NCBI GenBank assembly: GCA_044229845.1 | Contig: JBGASG010000002.1 | Coordinates: 416,001 to 480,000 of the forward strand | Length of the DNA: 64,000 bases | Direction: 5' to 3' | DNA from: Candidatus Obscuribacteraceae bacterium | GTDB lineage: Bacteria > Cyanobacteriota > Vampirovibrionia > Obscuribacterales > Obscuribacteraceae | Part shown: positions 57,431-64,000 of the stretch, piece by piece | How the letters are laid out: each line of letters starts with the position of its first letter | Numbering within the stretch: position 1 is the stretch's first letter | Made by a program: the position numbers and the translations under genes | The notes under the pieces: model-generated | What the model saw: the letters and a program-made list of their open reading frames with translations, nothing else | Told to the model about the DNA's origin: nothing | The model's database searches: none

Positions 57431-58951
57431 ATGGCTGTTACGCAAAGCGCCGTCGCCACAATCAAAATGTTCATCGACGGCAAATGGGTGGATTCGAGTG
57501 CCAAGAACACGACACCGGTGTTCAACCCTTCCACAGGCGAGGAAATCGCTAAAGTGCCGGTCGGCACTCGCGAAGACGTGGACAAAGCTGTTCAGTCAGC
57601 GCAAAAGGCCTTCTTAGAATGGCGCGAAGTACCGCCGGTTGAGCGGGCCCGGGTCATGTTCAAATTCAAAGCATTGCTCGATGCCAACTACGACAGGATT
57701 GCACAGTCAGTCTGCCGCGAACACGGCAAGACAATGGCTGAGGCTAAGGCCTCGGTTTTCCGCGGCATTGAAGTCGTTGAGTTCGCGCTCGGCATTCCCA
57801 GTCTCTTGATGGGCGAATGCATCGAAAACATCGCCACCAACGTCGACTGCGAAACGATGCGCCATCCGATCGGAGTGTGCGCCGGCATCACACCCTTCAA
57901 CTTCCCGGCCATGGTGCCGCTCTGGATGTACCCGATTGCCATTACCTGCGGCAACACTTTCGTTCTCAAACCATCCGAGAAGGTACCGCTGACCGCGATG
58001 CTGATCGCCGAACTTTTGCAGGAAGCCGGTCTGCCACCAGGCGTTCTCAATATAGTGCACGGCGGCAAAGAATCAGTAGATGCTATCCTCGAACACCCGC
58101 TGGTGAAGGCTGTTTCCTTCGTCGGTTCCACACCGATCGCCAAGTACATCTACACGCAAGGCACCGCCAACGGCAAACGCGTGCAATCGGCAGGCGGAGC
58201 CAAAAACCACATCATCATCATGCCTGATGCCGACATGGATCACACAGTGCAGGCACTGCAAGCCTCGGCATTTGGTTGCGCCGGCGAACGCTGCATGGCA
58301 GGCTCCATCGCTCTCCCGGTCGGCGACGCTGCAGAAATGCTGATTCCCAAACTGGTCGAGTCAGCCGGCAAGATGACTGTCGGCGCCACCGACAGCGGCG
58401 CCAAAGTGGACATGGGTCCTCTGGTCACCAAAGATCATCTCAACCGCGTGAAGAGCTTGATCGACAAGGGCGCCAGCGAAGGTGCCGACCTGGTACTGGA
58501 CGGCCGGACCATCTCAGTCAAAGACGCACCCAACGGCTATTATCTGGGACCGACCATCTTCGACAAAGCCAAACCAAGCATGTCGATCGTCAAAGAAGAA
58601 ATCTTTGGACCGGTACTGAGTGTGGTGCGCGTCAAAGACGTCGAGGAAGCCATCAAGACCGGCGATCAATGTGAATTCGGCAACGGCGCAGTGATCTTCA
58701 CAAGTTCCGGACATACCGCGCGGACTTTCAAACGCTACTTCAACGCCGGCATGATCGGCGTCAACGTCGGCGTCCCGGCGCCGATGGCCTGGTTCCCCTT
58801 CACCGGCTGGAACAACTCCTTCTACGGCGACCTGCACATTCAAGGTCGCGAGTCGATCCAGTTCTACACTCAACAGAAAATGACGATGACCCGCTGGTTC
58901 GAAACCAGCAAAGGCAAGTTCCAAGATCCGATCTGGAAGTCGAAGAACTAA
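57431..58951 (+). CDS. mmsA: CoA-acylating methylmalonate/malonate-semialdehyde dehydrogenase
   Basis: GITPFNFPAMVPLW, KPSE, GAKNH, AFGCAGERCMA, GVNVGVPAP. Confidence 0.95.
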   Translation: MAVTQSAVATIKMFIDGKWVDSSAKNTTPVFNPSTGEEIAKVPVGTREDVDKAVQSAQKAFLEWREVPPVERARVMFKFKALLDANYDRIAQSVCREHGKTMAEAKASVFRGIEVVEFALGIPSLLMGECIENIATNVDCETMRHPIGVCAGITPFNFPAMVPLWMYPIAITCGNTFVLKPSEKVPLTAMLIAELLQEAGLPPGVLNIVHGGKESVDAILEHPLVKAVSFVGSTPIAKYIYTQGTANGKRVQSAGGAKNHIIIMPDADMDHTVQALQASAFGCAGERCMAGSIALPVGDAAEMLIPKLVESAGKMTVGATDSGAKVDMGPLVTKDHLNRVKSLIDKGASEGADLVLDGRTISVKDAPNGYYLGPTIFDKAKPSMSIVKEEIFGPVLSVVRVKDVEEAIKTGDQCEFGNGAVIFTSSGHTARTFKRYFNAGMIGVNVGVPAPMAWFPFTGWNNSFYGDLHIQGRESIQFYTQQKMTMTRWFETSKGKFQDPIWKSKN

Positions 58952-58981
58952 CTAGACTCCAGCGAATCCCTTTAGTTTGAA

Positions 58982-59016
58982 GCGGCACGCCAGCAAATGC
59001 TGGGGTGCCGTTTCTT
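58982..59016 (+). terminator. Probable terminator after mmsA
   Basis: GCGGCAC.CCAGCA / TGCTGG.GTGCCGT stem followed by TTCTT. Confidence 0.65.
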
Positions 59017-59026
59017 CCCTTAGTCC

Positions 59027-59048
59027 AAAACAACACTAGTGTTGTTTT
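59027..59048. promoter_or_regulatory. Perfect 22-bp palindrome AAAACAACACTAGTGTTGTTTT, candidate operator
   Basis: Exact self-reverse-complement, 87 nt upstream of an XRE HTH gene. Confidence 0.6.
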
Positions 59049-59135
59049 CAAGAGGATCCAGCCGTTGAACTTTTTGCACCTCTTTGACGTTTAAACAGAA
59101 GTGTTGATTTCCACAAAGAGCCGGAGGCATACCCC

Positions 59136-59717
59136 ATGATGATCAGAAGTGAGAGAGACCGCACAAAACTGAAAAAGCGACAAGTCAGGCTGGGGCATGT
59201 ACAACGCCGACTATTGTCGCTTCAACGTGATCTGGATGTTGATCTGACCAATGTGATCGATCAAATCAATGAGGACTTAAATGCAATTGCATTGCAGTTA
59301 GAGGAATACGATACGCAGTTGCGGGCGGACATGACCCAGATGACCGATGCCGGCGGCAGCGCCGACGACCCATTTGTGGTGATTCGCCTGGCACAGGAGT
59401 TGCCCGAGTGCTTAAAGAGAGCGCGCCGAATACTGGGTTTGTCTCAGACCGAGTTAGCAAAAGCGGCGGGTCTGAAGCCTCAACAAATCAATCGCTACGA
59501 GCAGGGCAACTACGAAAACATACAACTGTCTCATGCACTAGCTCTGTGCCGGGTGGTGGAACAAGAGCGACAGGATAGCGATGGTTTTGGGCTGATCTCT
59601 CAGCAGCGTCAGGCTTCGACTGGAACCGGCGCTGGTTCGCCAACTGAATCTGAAGACGCAGAAAGCGAAGATGGTGCGTTCGTATTCCCGTTCGAGGTTG
59701 ACTGCGCACCGGATTGA
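59136..59717 (+). CDS. XRE-family HTH protein with N-terminal coiled coil
   Basis: LKRARRILGLSQTELAKAAGLKPQQINRYEQG; GGAGG RBS. Confidence 0.88.
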   Translation: MMIRSERDRTKLKKRQVRLGHVQRRLLSLQRDLDVDLTNVIDQINEDLNAIALQLEEYDTQLRADMTQMTDAGGSADDPFVVIRLAQELPECLKRARRILGLSQTELAKAAGLKPQQINRYEQGNYENIQLSHALALCRVVEQERQDSDGFGLISQQRQASTGTGAGSPTESEDAESEDGAFVFPFEVDCAPD

Positions 59718-60643
59718 GACTGCGTCGCAGGCAGTTGCTCTGGAGCGGCAGCTGCATGCGAGCCGCTGGCGGTCGGTTTACCGAGAGTCACTTGAGTTAG
59801 CTTGTCGCGATTGACCACCGAGACACCAGCGGGCTGCAGTTGCGGACGAATTACATCAGTACCGAGTCCGAGTTTTTCGAGCAACCAAATGGTGCACCAG
59901 GTGAAGTCGAACTCCCACCATCTGATACCATGCCGCGCCGATTTCGGGACGCCGTGATGGTTGTTGTGCCAGCCTTCACCCAATGAAAGGATAGCCACCC
60001 ACCAGACGTTGGTGGAATCTTCGCGTGTATTGAAGTTTCTGTATCCCTGCGAGCGCAAATGACAGACGGCATTGACTGCCTGCGTGCTCCAGAAAACGAT
60101 TCCCGTGGCCAGTGCGTTCATCAACATAGCGCTCAATCCGAAGGCGGCGAATATGATGATGCGCACGCCGATGTTGACGGCCAGGCAACGCTGAGCTTGC
60201 GCTGGACTGTGGCTGTCGCCGCACCAGCGGAAAATCGGATCTTTCATAAGATCGGCAGCTTGCTTGCGCAGTTCTTCGTCGTTCTGCACTTCGTAAGTTT
60301 TGAACATCCATCCGTACAGCGCGTGCTTGAAGCCCCGGCGCGGAGAATGCGGATCGCCGACTTCATCCGACTTCTGGTGGTGCAGGCGATGCACACCCAC
60401 CCAGACAATCGGAGACCCCATCAAGCACAAGTATCCGCCGGCAACGATCACGTACATGAGCCAGCGCGGAACTTTAAGTGACTTGTGTGTCAGCAGTCGG
60501 TGGTAGCCGAGAGTGATGCCCAGTCCGGCATACACATAGGAACCGAAAAACCAGGCGGCCATGTACCAGGGATTCCAATTCCCGATATCAAACAAACCAA
60601 AAGTCGCCAAAAACAGACCCCCTATATAGAATCGGGCTGCCAT
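59609..60643 (-). CDS. Delta-9-type acyl-lipid/acyl-CoA desaturase
   Basis: His boxes HRLLTH, HRLHH, GEGWHNNHH. Confidence 0.95.
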   Translation of the reverse strand: MAARFYIGGLFLATFGLFDIGNWNPWYMAAWFFGSYVYAGLGITLGYHRLLTHKSLKVPRWLMYVIVAGGYLCLMGSPIVWVGVHRLHHQKSDEVGDPHSPRRGFKHALYGWMFKTYEVQNDEELRKQAADLMKDPIFRWCGDSHSPAQAQRCLAVNIGVRIIIFAAFGLSAMLMNALATGIVFWSTQAVNAVCHLRSQGYRNFNTREDSTNVWWVAILSLGEGWHNNHHGVPKSARHGIRWWEFDFTWCTIWLLEKLGLGTDVIRPQLQPAGVSVVNRDKLTQVTLGKPTASGSHAAAAPEQLPATQSQSGAQSTSNGNTNAPSSLSASSDSVGEPAPVPVEA

Positions 60644-60855
60644 GTTTATAGCACGATACGGATTGAAAAAAACCCGGTACAGATTATGAACTGTAGAGGG
60701 ATAAAGCCGTTTTCAAGCAGATACTCTTGGCCGCGGCAGAACCAGAGCCGGTTCCACGGAAACTGACGGAACGCTCATGGTAATTGAGGTATAACTAATG
60801 TGAAGCTGCGTAGACAGCCGTACGCACTTCGTCGTTAACCGTCGGAAATCCAGAA

Positions 60856-62001
60856 GTGGCGCCAGTTAGAAGCATTCTCACTTACATATTATTTATCGCA
60901 TCCTTTCTCGCAATTTCGTGCCCCGGCGCGCAGTGCCGTGAAACCGATGAGCTTTCGGAGCGCGCTTACAAATCGCTTGTAGCCGAGTCGATGGAAAGCA
61001 TCCCCGCTCAATCCGCACCAGTGAAGAGCCGGGGAGCGGACAGTCAGGCAGCCGCCGACAAGCGAGCCTTGGCGGCGAAATCCGGTCGTTCATCCGGTTC
61101 GACCGGTCGTCCGCGCGTGATTTTGGCGCTGGGCGGCGGCGGCACCCGCGGTCTGGCTCATATCGGCGTGTTGCGGGTTTTGCAGCGCGAAGGCATCCAT
61201 ATAGATGGAATTGCCGGCACAAGTATGGGCGCCATAGTCGGTGGTCTGTTCGCCGCCGGCTTAAATCCAGATCAAATTGAAGATCTGATGCGCAACAGAT
61301 CGATGCTGCATGCTTACGACACCGTGCCGATTCCGGTGCGCCTGGCTTGCGTGCCTGTATTCGCACTGCCTCACGCATTCGGATACCACCCGTACGACGG
61401 GCTTTACCGCGGCAACAAATTTGCCACTTACATAAACACCGTCGTGCCGCCATCTAAAAAGAACATCGAAGATTTCGACACACCCTTCGTTGCGGTAGCC
61501 ACCGATCTTCTGGAGGGCAAACCCTACACGATCAGAAGCGGAGACATCGGTCGGGCGATCCAAGCCAGCTCAGCGCTGCCGGGTTTGCGCCGCCCACTCT
61601 ACTTCCAGGAGAAACTGTTGGTCGACGGCGGCGTCTTGCAAAATCTGCCCACCGACCAAGCTAAGGACATGGACGCCGACGTGGTGATTGCCGTAGATGT
61701 GGACGGTGTCCACATGAAAATGGCGTCCCGTGATTTTCGCCGCATCGGCAGCGTCACGTTCCGCTGCATCAATCTTCACCTCAAAGCCATCGACTCATAT
61801 CCCTCCACAAGCGCTAATGTAGTAGTACGGCCTTGTGTCGGAGACATAGGACTGCTTTCGAGGAACATGCACGACATCACGATTGCCATCACAGAAGGAG
61901 AGAAGGCGACCAGGGCGAGCTTACCGGAGATTCGTGCCGAGATAGAGCGAGTGACCACCGAATTGGCCGAAGGAAAACCAGCCGAAGGAAAACCACAGTG
62001 A
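60856..62001 (+). CDS. Patatin-like phospholipase with signal peptide
   Basis: LALGGGGTRG, GTSMG, DGG. Confidence 0.93.
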   Translation: MAPVRSILTYILFIASFLAISCPGAQCRETDELSERAYKSLVAESMESIPAQSAPVKSRGADSQAAADKRALAAKSGRSSGSTGRPRVILALGGGGTRGLAHIGVLRVLQREGIHIDGIAGTSMGAIVGGLFAAGLNPDQIEDLMRNRSMLHAYDTVPIPVRLACVPVFALPHAFGYHPYDGLYRGNKFATYINTVVPPSKKNIEDFDTPFVAVATDLLEGKPYTIRSGDIGRAIQASSALPGLRRPLYFQEKLLVDGGVLQNLPTDQAKDMDADVVIAVDVDGVHMKMASRDFRRIGSVTFRCINLHLKAIDSYPSTSANVVVRPCVGDIGLLSRNMHDITIAITEGEKATRASLPEIRAEIERVTTELAEGKPAEGKPQ

Positions 62002-63263
62002 GCGCATCAGCAGACACGCAATATTACTTTCGCCGCGCCGCCAAACAACTGGGAATTGGACCGAGACTAGAAACCAAACTGATTACCCCGCGCCGGGAAG
62101 TGAAGGTCGAGTGCACCATCGAACTCGATAACAAAGAACTCGCTTCCTTTGTCGGATATCGGGTCCAGCATGATTCTTCGCGCGGACCGATGAAGGGCGG
62201 ACTGAGATACCACCCTCAAGTAGACCCGGATGAGGTGACGTCGCTGGCGGCACTGATGACCTTCAAGACCGCCGTCGTCAACATTCCCTACGGGGGCGCC
62301 AAGGGCGGCATATCGTGCGACCCGCACAAACTCTCGCATGCCGAACTACAACGATTGACGCGTGCCTTCGTCGACGAGATTCACGACGTCATTGGTCCGC
62401 AACAAGATATTCCGGCGCCCGACATGGGCACCAATGCGCAGACTATGGCCTGGATCGTCGACCAGTATTCCAAGTATCACGGCTGGGCACCGGGAGTGGT
62501 GACAGGCAAACCTCTGGAGTTAGGTGGCAGTCCCGGACGCGAAGCCGCTACGGGACGGGGCATCACCATTGCCGCCGAGTCAATTTTGAGCGACCACAAC
62601 ATGCGCATTGCCGATGCGTCCTTTGTTCTGCAAGGTTTCGGCAATGTCGGCTCATGGGCTGCTCGTTTCATACATCAGCTGGGCGGTAAGGTGGTCGCCA
62701 TCGGGGATGCTTCCGGAGCGATCTTCAATCGCGGCGGCATTGACGTCGAGGCGCTGTTGAATTACGAGCACGCCAACGGGTTTATCGCCGGCTTCCCATC
62801 CGCAGAAGCTATGAATCCGCACGATTTGCTGACTACTCAATGCGATGTTTTGATTCCGGCTGCGCTCGGCGGCGTCTTGACGCAAGAAAATGCAGAAGAC
62901 GTCTCCGCCAAATTCATCCTCGAGGGCGCCAACGGACCGACGACGCCGGAAGCGGATGAAATCTTCCAGAAGCGCGGCATCACAGTAATTCCGGACATCT
63001 TCGCCAATGCCGGCGGCGTTGTTGTTTCCTACTTCGAATGGGTGCAGAACCTGCAACAGTTTCGCTGGACAGAAGAGCGCGTTAATGCAGAACTGCGTTC
63101 AGTCATGGAAGATGCCTACAAGAACATCATCATCACCGCCAAGAGCGGCAACAGCGATTTGCGCACGGCGGCCTTCCAGCTTGCCATCTCGCGAATCGCC
63201 CGGGCAACGGCTCTGCGCGGTCTGGAAAACGAAAACTTCTGCTTGCTCACAGCTCAGCACTGA
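61998..63263 (+). CDS. gdhA: Glu/Leu/Phe/Val dehydrogenase (glutamate dehydrogenase-like)
   Basis: RGPMKGGLRY, GGAKGG, DIPAPD, QGFGNVG, EGANGP, SYFEW; GTGA overlap with patatin. Confidence 0.92.
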   Translation: MSASADTQYYFRRAAKQLGIGPRLETKLITPRREVKVECTIELDNKELASFVGYRVQHDSSRGPMKGGLRYHPQVDPDEVTSLAALMTFKTAVVNIPYGGAKGGISCDPHKLSHAELQRLTRAFVDEIHDVIGPQQDIPAPDMGTNAQTMAWIVDQYSKYHGWAPGVVTGKPLELGGSPGREAATGRGITIAAESILSDHNMRIADASFVLQGFGNVGSWAARFIHQLGGKVVAIGDASGAIFNRGGIDVEALLNYEHANGFIAGFPSAEAMNPHDLLTTQCDVLIPAALGGVLTQENAEDVSAKFILEGANGPTTPEADEIFQKRGITVIPDIFANAGGVVVSYFEWVQNLQQFRWTEERVNAELRSVMEDAYKNIIITAKSGNSDLRTAAFQLAISRIARATALRGLENENFCLLTAQH

Positions 63264-63271
63264 TCTGACTA

Positions 63272-64000
63272 ATGGACACCGAAAAAGAACCCAGCGAAGC
63301 GCCGCCCCTCACCCTGGAAAATGTCGCTCCGCAACTCGACAACGAGACTGAAGCCGAGAAAGAAGATCACCAGCTGGTCTGGCTGAACACGGTCTATCAG
63401 GGTGATACCGTGCCGCAGCTGACAGTGCGAGCGGTGGTCATGGGCGGACTTCTGGGCTCGCTGATGTCCATATCCAATCTCTACACGTCGCTCAAACTGG
63501 GCTGGGCTTTCGGCGTTGCCATCACGGCCTGCGTCCTCTCTTTCGTGATCTGGAACACCGTCTGCCGGCTGATTCCCAAGCTGACGCCGATGAGCATTCT
63601 GGAAAACAACTGCATGCAGTCCACGGCTTCGGCGGCCGGCTATTCGACCGGAGCCACAATCGGCACCGCTTTTGGTGCCTACCTGCTGATCACCGGACAT
63701 CACGTGCAGTGGCAGATTCTCTTGCCGTTCACTCTGGTAACGGCGCTGCTCGGTGTGTTCCTGGCGGTGCCCATGAAACGCCAGATGATCAATCACGAAC
63801 AGTTGCCCTTCCCGAGCGGCATCGCCGCCGCTGAAACCCTGCGCAGCCTCTATGCCAAATCGCAGGATGCCGTCTATCAAGCCTACGGTCTGGTATCAGC
63901 CATGGTACTGGGCGCCGTGATCGGCATTCTGGCAAAAGGCGATTATGAATGGCAGAAGATCACCCACCTGAAAATTCCCGACTTCCTGCCGATCTCCCTC
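63272..64000 (+). CDS. OPT-family oligopeptide transporter (3' truncated; absent from the ORF track)
   Basis: Manual translation from ATG 63272: QLTVRAVVMGGLLG...NLYTSLKLGW...LENNCMQSTASA...PMKRQMI.HEQLPFPSG.A.AETL. Confidence 0.93.
   Translation, partial: MDTEKEPSEAPPLTLENVAPQLDNETEAEKEDHQLVWLNTVYQGDTVPQLTVRAVVMGGLLGSLMSISNLYTSLKLGWAFGVAITACVLSFVIWNTVCRLIPKLTPMSILENNCMQSTASAAGYSTGATIGTAFGAYLLITGHHVQWQILLPFTLVTALLGVFLAVPMKRQMINHEQLPFPSGIAAAETLRSLYAKSQDAVYQAYGLVSAMVLGAVIGILAKGDYEWQKITHLKIPDFLPISL

Noticed and set aside
63269..63880. 203-aa minus-strand ORF
   Set aside because: Shadow of the plus-strand OPT transporter, which the ORF track missed because it runs off the window.

Overview
Gene-dense bacterial chromosomal window, mostly housekeeping and envelope genes. 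It has no CRISPR array, prophage, integrase or intact IS. A cyanobacterial-style tRNA-Lys and the Hanks-kinase signature tentatively suggest a non-photosynthetic cyanobacterial relative (Vampirovibrionia/Obscuribacterales-like); this is inference only. Recognisable blocks: the 3' end of pheT; a TetR-RND-TolC efflux operon; DsbD; a GH1 glucosidase divergent from two TMTC-like GT-C paralogues; a MacAB-like ABC efflux set running into pyrD; a reductive pyrimidine-catabolism operon (aminotransferase, ureidopropionase, preT, preA) with no dihydropyrimidinase; tRNA-Lys(UUU); proline dehydrogenase; lipA with a 2-oxoacid dehydrogenase E1a/E1b/E2/E3 operon; mmsA; a desaturase; patatin; glutamate dehydrogenase; and the start of an OPT transporter. 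The most unusual items are: (i) a membrane-anchored protein with two Roadblock/LC7 modules and three acidic-hydrophobic repeats that recur in an unrelated Zn-finger protein; (ii) a serpin with a proline-rich hinge, a ~550-aa Trp-repeat tail and an amphipathic C-terminus; (iii) tandem small proteins carrying ClpX-type zinc-binding domains; (iv) an orphan IS2-OrfA-like gene with its own terminator; (v) a dispersed 30-bp palindrome in three copies. All calls come from motif reading by eye; no searches were run.
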